Source: an uncultured Actinomycetes bacterium (GTDB taxonomy: Bacteria > Actinomycetota > Acidimicrobiia > IMCC26256 > PALSA-610). Taken from it: a DNA stretch of 64,000 bases. The position numbers and the translations under genes were made by a program. Location: positions 68,754 through 132,753 of the forward strand of contig CAVXFO010000008.1 of NCBI GenBank assembly GCA_963761055.1, given 5' to 3'. A model generated the notes under the pieces. It had not been told where the DNA came from and did not search any database. It worked only from the letters and a program-made list of their open reading frames with translations. Positions 49,933 to 59,100 of the stretch are shown here, piece after piece (positions within the stretch are counted from its first letter, which is position 1; each line of letters starts with the position of its first letter).

Positions 49933-50069
49933 GTCAGTCAGAGGTCCGCCCTTACGTCGGTATCCCCAGGCCCTGTGGACAAGGTTGGGGATAAATCACA
50001 TGAGTGTCATTAGCGTACCGCAGGCCGTCCCAGACACGCCAGGCTCCGAGCCCCCGAAATTTCCCATCG

Positions 50070-51125
50070 TTATCCCCGGCCGTAGGCGGCGACGCAGGGG
50101 ACGAGCATCTCGTCGGGGCTGAGCGAGCCGTGGCCCGACATGAGGTTGCGCTCGTTCGGTAGCGAGGGGTCGACGAACGCGACCTCGCCGCGCGCGGCGA
50201 GCACGACGTCGCCGATGCGACCCGGGATGCTGCCCGAAGGCCCGGCACCGAGCAGCCCTTCGTCGAGGAGTTCGCCGCGGGACCACACCCACGCGCGGTC
50301 GCCCAGCTGGTCGCGTGCGGCCGCGAGCAACTCACGCGCCGCGCCCTGCGCGCGTACAGGTATCGGAACCGGCCGTCGCCCGCCATCGCAGTCGTCATGG
50401 GCACAAGGTCGGGCACCGCGATCCATGCGTCGCGCTCGAGGTGCACCTGACCGTGATCCGCGGTGACGAGCAGCGCGGCCCGTTCCGGCAGCACGTCGAG
50501 CAGCTCGCCGACGATCGCGTCGGCCGCGCCAACTCACGCGCGACAGACCCGGCCGCGCAGCCCGAACTCGTGCGCGATCGAATCGACACCGGGGTAGTAC
50601 GCGTACACGAGCCGCTCCCCCGCCTCGACCTCGGCCCGGCACAACTCGACGAGCGCGGCCGGAGTGTGCCAGCCGACGAACCGGCCACCGCGCAGGTGCG
50701 CCTCGGTGAACCCCGTGGTGCGGAACTCGGACCTGGTGACGACCGGAACCTCGCGGCCGAGGAACGGCGGTGTGGCGCTGCACGTCGAATGGATCCGGCG
50801 GGCGCCCGCCCCCGTGCACCGACCAGCGCAACACGTTCAGCACGTCGTTGCCGACCAGCATCCGGTACCCGAGGATCCCGTGCTGCGCGGGCGGCAGACC
50901 CGTTGAGATCGACGTCAGCGCCGACGCGGTCGTCGCGGGCGTGACGGTCGTGATCGAGCCGCCCTCCATGGAGGCCAGCTCGGGCATCTCCGCCGCGTGC
51001 TCCCTCATCGCGTTCCAACCGAGGCCGTCGAGCACCAGGAGGACAACCGCCTCCGCGTGCCGGGCCGGGGCGGGCAACCACGAGTCGTCGTGCACGCCCG
51101 AGGAGCGCCGGAACCAGGCCTGCAA
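50070..51125 (-). pseudogene. Alkaline-phosphatase-superfamily (type I phosphodiesterase/nucleotide pyrophosphatase-like) gene with 3-5 frame disruptions
   Basis: Family motifs are spread over frames. VVLLVLDGLGWNAM and TTVTPATTASALTSISTGLPPAQHGILGY are in frame 1. PPFLGREVPVV...YAYYPGVDSIAHEFGL is in frame 2 from about 50770. An in-frame TGA sits at 50534-50536. ADAIVGELLDVLPERAALLVTADHGQVH is in frame 2. The protein returns to frame 1 near 50340 (GAARELLAAARDQ...SGHGSLSPDEMLVP). Confidence 0.6.
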
Positions 51126-51284
51126 CGGATGCGCCGTCGATTTCAGGGCGTACCGCGGCGGCGAGCGAGCCGTCGGGAGGACCCGCCCGCGGCTCCGGTG
51201 GAGTTGTCATCGGCGGCAGCGTAGAACCTCGCCGCGAGCTGTCCGGGGCGACGCCCGTCCCGAGGTCTGCGCGACGATGGGGGC

Positions 51285-51720
51285 ATGAAGATGTCGACCC
51301 GCGGCGACTATGCCGCCCGTGCGCTGCTGTCGCTCGCGCTTCACGACGCCGATCGGCCGACTTCCGTGAAGGAGATCGCCGAGCGCACACACCTTCCTCA
51401 GCCGTACCTCGAGCAGATCCTGCTGTCGGTGAAGGGGGCGGGTCTCGTTCGCTCCAAGCGCGGGGTCGGTGGCGGCTACGTGCTCGCACGCGCCACCCAG
51501 CGAGATCACGCTCGCCGACATCGTCGCCGCGGTCGAGGGCCCGCAGATCGTGTTGGCCGAGCATCCCGACCACTGCGAGGGGCATTGCATCCTCCAAGAG
51601 GTCTGGGTCGGCGTGGACGACGAGTCCCGCCGCATCCTCGAACGGGTCACCCTCGCCGAGCTCGTCGAACGTACACGCGTCGGCCATCCCGACGCCGTGC
51701 CCGGGCAGCGTCCGCGCTAG
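51285..51720 (+). CDS. Rrf2 family transcriptional regulator; apparent frameshift near 51490
   Basis: MKMSTRGDYAARALLSLAL...SVKEIAERTHLPQPYLEQILLSVKGAGLVRSKRGVGGGYVLAR continues in ORF 51469..51720 as PSEITLADIVAAVEGP...CEGHC...LAELV. The span is 3n+1. Confidence 0.75.
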
Positions 51721-51758
51721 ACCTCGGGCTGCGCTGCGCTTCGTCCGCGCGGAGCCGA

Positions 51759-52688
51759 TCAGCGGCCGGCGTCGCGTACGCGATCGAGCACGACCTCGAG
51801 CTCGGACGGCAACGGCTCTTCGAAGCGCACCCGAACACCGGTGACCGGGTGGTCGAAGCCGAGTGTTGCCGCATGCAGGAACGGGCGCGGCAGCGGGATC
51901 TGGTCGCGCGATCCGCCGTACGTGCCGTCGCCGACGACGGGATGGCCGATCGCGGAGAGATGCACCCGGATCTGGTGCGTGCGCCCGGTCTCGAGCTTGC
52001 ATTCGACCAGGCTGCACGCCGCGGCGGCGAACGCTTCCACGACGCGGTATTCGGTGCGCGCCTCCTTGCCCGCGCTGCGCACCGCCATGCGTGTGCGGCG
52101 CGCCCCCGACCGACCGATCGGAGCGTCGATCATGCCGCGGGCCGACGACAAGTGGCCCCATACGAGCGCGACGTACACGCGCTCGACCGAACGCGACGCG
52201 AGTTGCGACACGAGCGAGTCGTAGGCGAGGGCCGACAATGCGACCGCGAGGAGCCCGCTCGTGTCTCGGTCGAGCCGATGCACGATCCCGGGACGCATCG
52301 GGTCCCCGACCGACTCGATGCCGGGAAAGCGCGCGAGCAGACCGTTGACGAGAGTGCCGTGCGAATGGCCTGCACCGGGGTGCACCACGAGACCCGCCGG
52401 CTTGGCGACGACCGCGACATGGTCGTCGGCGAAGCGCACGTCGACCTCGACGGCCGGTTCCGCAACCGGTCGGAAGTCCGATTCGAGCGGCGGCTCGTCG
52501 AGCACGACCAACACGTCGCCTTCGTGGAGACGACGACTCTTGGCGACGACCTGCCCGTCGATCAACACGGATCCCGCGTCGATGAGGTCCTGCACCGCGG
52601 CACGCGGCCACCCGGTGAGAAACGACAGAGCCCGATCGACTCGGTCACCGTCGAGTGCGGCCGGGACCGTGACGGGCCCGTCGATCAT
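51759..52688 (-). CDS. rluD: RluA-family 23S rRNA pseudouridine synthase (RluD-like)
   Basis: From MIDGPVTV... It has an S4 domain, [11 protein letters not shown], and [14 protein letters not shown] overlap with the lspA stop. Confidence 0.88.
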   Translation of the reverse strand: MIDGPVTVPAALDGDRVDRALSFLTGWPRAAVQDLIDAGSVLIDGQVVAKSRRLHEGDVLVVLDEPPLESDFRPVAEPAVEVDVRFADDHVAVVAKPAGLVVHPGAGHSHGTLVNGLLARFPGIESVGDPMRPGIVHRLDRDTSGLLAVALSALAYDSLVSQLASRSVERVYVALVWGHLSSARGMIDAPIGRSGARRTRMAVRSAGKEARTEYRVVEAFAAAACSLVECKLETGRTHQIRVHLSAIGHPVVGDGTYGGSRDQIPLPRPFLHAATLGFDHPVTGVRVRFEEPLPSELEVVLDRVRDAGR

Positions 52689-53188
52689 CGGGCCGGGGTC
52701 GCGGCCGGCCCGAAGAGCGTTCGCACGATCAACACGATCGCGCCGATTGTGATGCACGAATCGGCGAGATTGAACACCGGCCACCAGCCCACTGCGATGA
52801 AATCGACCACGTGCCCGCTCAGAAAGCTCGGGGAGCGCGCGATCCGGTCGGCCAAGTTGCCGAGCGATCCGCCGAGGACGAGGACGAGCCCGACCAGCGT
52901 CCACCGGTCGGTGGCGTGGCGCACGGCGCGCGCCACGAACACGGTGATCACGATCGCGAGCACGGCCACCACCGGTGTGTAGCCCTGGAATCGACTGAAC
53001 GCGCTGCCGCTGTTCCGCGCAACTTCGAAGACGAGGAAGTCGCCGATCGCGTGCTTCGGTCCGTCGGCGAGCGCGGAGACCGCCCACGCCTTGGTCAGCT
53101 GATCGAGGGTGACGATGACGACGACCGCCGCGACCACCCATGCGGTCCGCGCCTTGGTGCGTCGGGATTCAGCGACGCCGTTCGCCAC
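52685..53188 (-). CDS. lspA: Lipoprotein signal peptidase II
   Basis: 167 aa, with [28 protein letters not shown], and FNLADS. Confidence 0.9.
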   Translation of the reverse strand: MANGVAESRRTKARTAWVVAAVVVIVTLDQLTKAWAVSALADGPKHAIGDFLVFEVARNSGSAFSRFQGYTPVVAVLAIVITVFVARAVRHATDRWTLVGLVLVLGGSLGNLADRIARSPSFLSGHVVDFIAVGWWPVFNLADSCITIGAIVLIVRTLFGPAATPAR

Positions 53189-54098
53189 GGGCCTTGCACT
53201 TCACGCACTGCTCGGCCCACGGAATGACTTCCAGCCGTGCAACCGGTATGCGATCGAGGCACGTCATGCAGACGCCGTACATTCCGGTCGGGATGCGCTG
53301 CAGCGCGCGGTCGATGTCGTCCACGGTCTGGCGCGCGGTTGCCGACAACGAAAGGTCGCGCTCGCGCTCCACACTGACGGTGTCGCCTTCACCCGACTCC
53401 TCGTCGAACTGCGTGTCGCCCTGCTCGCGTTCCGACGCGAGCTGCTCGGCCGACGCCTCGAGCTCTTCCGCCTGACGGGCGTGGCTCGAGCGGGCCTCGT
53501 CGAGCAACTCCCGCAGTTTGTCGAGTGTGCTCTGCGCGAGCGGCGGCGGCAGCTTCTTGGGCGGCGGCGCCTTCTTCACTGCCGGCGGCTTGGCCGCGGC
53601 TTTCGGAACGGGTGCGGGCGTGGGCTTGTTCGCGAGCTTCATCGGGCCCTTTGTCGGCGCAGCAGCGGCTTTCTTGACGTCCTTCACGGCCGCGGCCCTC
53701 TTCGCCGGCCGAACCGGCTTGGTCGGAGCCTTCCTCGCGGTGACCTTCGACGCCGCAGCTTTCTTCGTGACCTGCTTCTTCGCGGTCGCCTTCGTCACGG
53801 TCGCCCGCTTCGCAGGGGATGTCTTGGAGCCGGATGTCTTCGAGCCGGACGTCTTCGAGGCAGACCCCTTGGAGCCGGACCCCTTCGAGGCGGAGGCCTT
53901 GACCGGCTTCTTCACCGAGACCGCCTTGGTCGAGGTCTTCTTCGCACTCGCCGCCGTGGCGCGCGCCGACGACGACTTCTTCTTCACGGTGCTCGCGGTC
54001 GCCTTCGGGGCAGTCGACTTCTTGGTCGCGACCCTCCCGGAGCCCGTCTTGGTGACCCCGGCCTTGTTCACGCCGGTCTTCTTGGACGTCTGGGCCAT
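53169..54098 (-). CDS. DksA/TraR-family C4 zinc-finger protein with a long Lys/Ala/Thr/Ser-rich N-terminal extension
   Basis: The C-terminal ~115 aa carry a coiled coil ([26 protein letters not shown]) and CMTC-x17-CVKC. The N-terminal ~190 aa are [14 protein letters not shown]...[21 protein letters not shown]...[15 protein letters not shown]. Confidence 0.75.
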   Translation of the reverse strand: MAQTSKKTGVNKAGVTKTGSGRVATKKSTAPKATASTVKKKSSSARATAASAKKTSTKAVSVKKPVKASASKGSGSKGSASKTSGSKTSGSKTSPAKRATVTKATAKKQVTKKAAASKVTARKAPTKPVRPAKRAAAVKDVKKAAAAPTKGPMKLANKPTPAPVPKAAAKPPAVKKAPPPKKLPPPLAQSTLDKLRELLDEARSSHARQAEELEASAEQLASEREQGDTQFDEESGEGDTVSVERERDLSLSATARQTVDDIDRALQRIPTGMYGVCMTCLDRIPVARLEVIPWAEQCVKCKARGERRR

Positions 54099-54273
54099 GC
54101 TGACCTACTCGTTGACGGTTGGCTCGTTGGCGACTGGCTGGTGGGCTCATTCGGCGCGGTTCGCCTCGACTCGAGTCCGGAGCCAGGCATCGTCTCGGCG
54201 CCCGGGACCTGGGCGTACGGGGCGACCGCCCTGGAAGGCGCCGGATTGTAGCGGGCCCCGAGGCGGTCGCCGG

Positions 54274-54590
54274 TCACTCTGGACGAGGCGCGAGGAACCG
54301 GGCCAGGCGACGGGCCGCTTCGGCCGGTCCCATGCCCTCGACCCGTAGCCGCTTCGCCCGTGAGCGCTCACCGCCCATCACCGCGACGACCGCCGGTGCG
54401 ACGCCGAGCGCCGACGCCAGGAGCAACCGCGTCGCCTCGGTGGCCCGCCCGTCGACCGGCGGGGCCGCGACCCGGATCTTCAGGGCATTGCCGTGGCGCC
54501 CGACGATCTCGCTGCGTCCGGCGCGGCGAAAGCACGTGCACGTGGACGACGACGCCGCCGACGCTCGCTTCGAGAAACGAGTCGTCGGGG
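54274..54590 (-). CDS. DUF167 (YggU-like) protein; apparent frameshift near 54523, start unresolved
   Basis: FIPDDSFLEASVGGVVVHVHV is in the frame of ORF 54368..54679. It continues as (P)RAGRSEIVGRHGNALKIRVAAPPVDGRATEATRLLLASALGVAPAVVAVMGGERSRAKRLRVEG... in another frame and stops at TGA 54274-54276. There is no canonical start between the Ldt stop and the conserved core. Confidence 0.5.
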
Positions 54591-54599
54591 ATGAACGGG

Positions 54600-56084
54600 C
54601 TAGACGTAGACCCAGACCGTCTTGCCGATCGGCAGGATGTTCGCGGCCCAGATGAAGTTGATCGCCGTGTTGGAGACACGCGTGCAGCCGTGCGACGCCG
54701 GATACGGCGGCACCGACGTGTAGCCGTGCACGGCTATGCCCGACCAGGTGAAGTACTTGGGCCGGAACAACGTGCCGAGCGGGCCGTGGTCGGGACCGTC
54801 GACCTGACGGATCACCGAGAACACGCCTTCGGGCGTATGCGCGCTGTAGAGCGTGCCGTCGAGCGTGTACGGGTGATCCGAGCCGGTCGAGGTGTTGAAC
54901 ACGTACTGGACCGCGCCGTTGTTGACGACCATCAGGATCTGGCGGGTCTTGTCGATCTCGATCAGCGAACCCGACGTGGACCGCCCGTGCGGGCGAGTCG
55001 CCGTGCGGAACTTGGCCTGCGTCGCCACATCGACCGCACCCGTACGGCCCAGGCCGTTCGCCTTCTGGAACGCGTAGATCGCCTGCTGCATGTTGTCGTC
55101 GAAGACACCGTTCGCGCCCGGCAGCCAGTAGCCCATCGAGAGGAGGCGGTTCTGGACGACCACGACCGCCGGCCCGCTCGCACCGAGGCTCATCTGGTCG
55201 ACCTCGGGAATATTGCTGAGTGCCAGCATGCGGTAGCCCTTGCCGTCGGGCATGCCGACGAGTTGCGCCACGTGCCGGTCGCTCGGCACGGTCCCCGCGG
55301 CGCTGCCGGTGAAGTTCGCGTCGCCGAAGGTGAACACACCGCCGTCACCGCCGGCGAGCCAGTAGCCCCGGCCCGAGCCGTCGCGGGCCATGCCGACGAC
55401 CGGCGCGTTCAGGCGCATGGCACCGGTCGACCCGTAGAAGGGCGCGGTGCCGAACGAGAAGATGCCCCCGTCGGCCGCGACCAACCAATAACCGTGACCG
55501 CTCGGCGTCGCCGCCATGCCCACCACCGGCGCGTTCAGGCGCAGGGCACCGGTCGATCCGTGGAAGGCCGCCGTGCCGAAGGAGAACACACCACCGTCCG
55601 CCGCGTACAGCCAGTAACCCTTGCCGAGCGGACCGGCGATGAGCGACTTGATCGGCGCGTTCAGGTGGCGACCGCCCAACGACCCGTACGGCTTGGCGTC
55701 GCCGAACGGGAACACCGAACCGTCGGCCGTCACGATCCAGTAGCCGTGGCCGCTCGGCGTCGCAGTCATGCCCACCACCGGTTGCGCCAATGGCCAACCC
55801 GTGAGGGCGCCGAAGAACGGCGCGTTGAACGAGAAGACGCCGCCGTCGGCCGCGACCTCCCAGTAGCCCGTGCCGTCGGCGGTGGTCGCCATGCCCACGA
55901 TCGGGCTCTTCAGCACGATCGCGGCGGTGGAACCGTGAAAGCTCGCGCTCCCGAACGCGAAGACCTGATCGTCGTGCTTTGTAGCAGCGGCTGCGGGCTG
56001 CGCGGCCACGATGCCGAGCGCTCCCGTCGCAACGACGATTGCGCTGCAAGCTGCCGCGCGGAAACTGTCTGAGAACCGGCCCAT
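54600..56084 (-). CDS. L,D-transpeptidase (YkuD) with a PG-binding domain and six N-terminal ~40-aa repeats
   Basis: From MGRFSDSF... (signal peptide). There are six repeats of the type GYWxVAADGGVFSFGxAxFxGSxG...LNAPVVGMA. A PG_binding_1-like region follows (VVQNRLLSMGYW...AIYAFQKANGL). The YkuD catalytic region is GIAVHGY...PASHGCTRVS. Confidence 0.8.
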   Translation of the reverse strand: MGRFSDSFRAAACSAIVVATGALGIVAAQPAAAATKHDDQVFAFGSASFHGSTAAIVLKSPIVGMATTADGTGYWEVAADGGVFSFNAPFFGALTGWPLAQPVVGMTATPSGHGYWIVTADGSVFPFGDAKPYGSLGGRHLNAPIKSLIAGPLGKGYWLYAADGGVFSFGTAAFHGSTGALRLNAPVVGMAATPSGHGYWLVAADGGIFSFGTAPFYGSTGAMRLNAPVVGMARDGSGRGYWLAGGDGGVFTFGDANFTGSAAGTVPSDRHVAQLVGMPDGKGYRMLALSNIPEVDQMSLGASGPAVVVVQNRLLSMGYWLPGANGVFDDNMQQAIYAFQKANGLGRTGAVDVATQAKFRTATRPHGRSTSGSLIEIDKTRQILMVVNNGAVQYVFNTSTGSDHPYTLDGTLYSAHTPEGVFSVIRQVDGPDHGPLGTLFRPKYFTWSGIAVHGYTSVPPYPASHGCTRVSNTAINFIWAANILPIGKTVWVYV

Positions 56085-56165
56085 CGGGTGGAGGGTAGCC
56101 GCCGACCGGCGCGATCTCACGGCGGGCCACCGGTGCCCCAACGCCCCACCGGTATCGTTGCCGCC

Positions 56166-59100
56166 ATGTTCCGCCCGGTCGACCCCTCCCTCGATCTCGT
56201 CGCGCTCGAGGAGGCGATGTTGGAGCGTTGGCGCGACGAGGACGTGTTCGGAGAATCGCTGCGACAGCGTCAGGACGGGCCCGAGTGGGTCTTCTACGAG
56301 GGCCCGCCCACCGCGAACGGCAGACCGGGCATCCACCACGTTTGGGCCCGCCTGTTCAAAGACCTCTATCCGCGCTTCCACACGATGCGGGGCAAGCACG
56401 TCGCTCGCAAGGGCGGCTGGGACTGCCACGGGCTTCCCGTCGAGGTCGAGGTCGAAAAGGAGCTGGGTTTCACCGCGAAGTTCGAGATCGAGGACTACGG
56501 CATCGAGCGTTTCAACGCCAAGTGCCGCGCCTCGGTGCAGCGTTACGTCGAGGACTGGCAGTCCCTGACGTCCCGGATCGGAATGTGGATCGACACCGCC
56601 GGCGCGTACTGGACCCTGTCGAACGAGTACATCGAGAGCGTCTGGTGGCTGTTCCGCCAGATCTGGGACGCGGGCGCGATCTACGAGGGCTTCAAGGTGG
56701 TGCCGTATTGCGGTCGCTGCGGCACCGCACTGTCGAGCCACGAGCTCGGACAGCCGGGCGCGTACCGCGATGTCACCGAGCCGTCGGTCTACGTCCGCTT
56801 CCCGCTCGTCGCACGCGACCCCGACGCCGTCGACCCGAACTTGACCGACGCCGACCTGCTCGTCTGGACGACCACTCCGTGGACGCTGCCGTCGAACGTC
56901 GGCGCCGCCGTGGGAATTGCCATCGACTACGTCCGCGTGCGTGCGCCCGAAGGCGGGCGCGACCTCGTCATGGCCCGGGCCCGCGTCGCCGACGTGCTCG
57001 GAGCGGATGCCGAGATCGTTTCCGAGGTTCCGGCGCCGTCACTCGTCGGCGCGCGGTACGAGCCGCCGTTCTCGATGCTCACCGTCGACGGCGACCGAGC
57101 GTTCACTGTGGTGGCCGACGACTTCGTCACCGTCGACGACGGTTCCGGCATCGTCCACCTCGCGCCCGCGTTCGGCGAGATCGACCGCGAGATCGGCGAG
57201 CGCGAAGGTCTCCCCATCGTGAACCCGGTGAACGACGCGGCGCGCTTCGAGCCCTCGGTCGGGGAGCAGTACGCCGGTCGGTTCGTGAAGGACGCCGACC
57301 CCGACCTCATCGACGACCTCACCGGGCGCGGCCGCATCGTACGAGTCGTCGACTACACGCACTCCTATCCCCACTGCTGGCGCTGCGACACGCCGCTCAT
57401 CTACTGGGCCAAGCCCACCTGGTTCGCGCGGACCTCGGCCTACAAGTCGGAGTTGATCGCCCAGAACGAGACGATCAACTGGCACCCCGAGCACATCAAG
57501 CACGGGCGCTTCGGCGACTGGCTCGAGAACAACGTCGACTGGGCCCTCTCACGCGACCGCTACTGGGGAACACCGATCCCGGTGTGGCGCTGCCACGAAT
57601 GCCGGCGCGACGTCTGCATCGGATCCGTCGACGAGCTGGCGAAGCTGTCGGGCCGCGACCTCGCCGACACCGACCTGCACCGTCCCTACGTCGACGACAT
57701 CACGTTCGCGTGCGATCACTGCGACGACGGCACGATGTATCGCATCGAACCCGTGCTCGATGCGTGGTTCGACTCGGGTTCCATGCCGGCCGCGCAGTTC
57801 CACTACCCGTTCGAGCACAGTGACGACTTCGCGTCTCGGTTCCCCGCCGACTTCATCTGCGAGGCGATCGACCAGACGCGCGGCTGGTTCTACTCACTCC
57901 TCGCAGTGAACACGCTCGCGTTCGGAACGACGCCGTATCGCAACGTGGTGTGCCTCGCGCACATCATCGACAAAGACGGCGCCAAGATGTCGAAATCGCG
58001 CGGGAACGTGATCGACCCGGTGCCGGTCCTCGCCGAGCGGGGCGCCGACGCGCTGCGCTGGTACATGCTCTCGTCGGGCTCGCCCTGGACGCCCAAGCGC
58101 GTCTACGTGGAAGGCATCGACGAGGCGACCCGCCAATTCCTGTTGACGCTCTGGAACATCTACTCGTTCTTCGTGACGTACGCGAACATCGACGGCTGGT
58201 CCGCCGACGTGGCCGTGGAAACCGACCCGGCGCCGGTGCACGTCCTCGACCGTTGGATCACGTCGAGGGTGCACCGCACCGTTCGCACCGCGACCGACGC
58301 GCTGGAGCAGTTCGACTCGGTGACGGCGACGCAGGTGCTCGCGGAACTCGTCGATGATCTCTCCAACTGGTACGTGCGCCGCTCCCGACCCCGATTCTGG
58401 AAGTCGTCCGACCCGGTCGCGCACGCCACGCTCCACCGGGCCCTGCAGACCTTGTCGCAGTTGCTCGCACCGTTCTGCCCGTTCGTCGCCGACGAGATGT
58501 TCCGCAACCTCGCGGGTACCGACGAGTCGGTACATCTCTCCGACTGGCCCGTCTACGACGAGCGCGCGATCGACGATGCGCTCGAGATCGAGATGACCCT
58601 CGCCCGCATGCTCGTGTCGCTCGGACGCGCGGCGCGCGCCGACGCCAAGCTCGGCGTCCGCCAACCGCTCCCACGCGCGATCGCGCTGCTGACGTCGGGC
58701 GAGCGCCTCCGCGACGATGTCGCGCAGGAGATCAAAGACGAGTTGAACGTCAAGCAACTCGAAGTCGTCGAGTCGCTCGAGGGACTCCTGTCGTACCGCG
58801 TCGTCCCGAACTTCAAGGCCCTCGGCCCGCGTCTCGGAAAGCGCGTCCCACTCGTGAAGACGCTCCTCGCGCAGGTCGACGGCGGCGAGGTGCGGCGCGC
58901 GTTCGACGAAACGGGCTCGTTCACGATCGACGTCGACGGTGAACCGGTGACGCTCGATCCCACCGACGTGGAGATCCGGGCCGAGCAGCACGAGGACCTG
59001 ACCCTCGCCCAGGACGGTCCGCACGCGGTGGCGCTCGACCTGACCCTCGACGACGACCTCCGGTCCGAGGGCTTGGCGCGGGAGATCATCCGCGCCGTAA

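Noticed and set aside
50534-50536. The in-frame TGA in the phosphodiesterase-like gene read as selenocysteine or programmed read-through.
   Set aside because: The gene has several other frame disruptions. The position is not a conserved Cys/Sec site that I recognise, and no SECIS-like hairpin follows immediately. Damage or sequence error is far more likely.
4423-54590. The frameshift sites read as programmed ribosomal frameshifting.
   Set aside because: None of the junctions has a slippery heptamer (X XXY YYZ) or A/T homopolymer. The sites are GC-rich, the affected genes are unrelated, and no known programmed case (prfB, dnaX, IS) is among them.
56085-56165. A T-box leader upstream of ileS, as known for actinobacterial ileS.
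   Set aside because: Only 81 nt separate the divergent Ldt start from the ileS ATG. I can see an AUC in a possible loop (GCGAUCUCAC) and repeated CCACCGGU strings. I cannot find a convincing T-box motif (…GGUGGNACCGCG…) or a sequestered SD. The question needs a covariance-model search (Rfam RF00230) before any claim.
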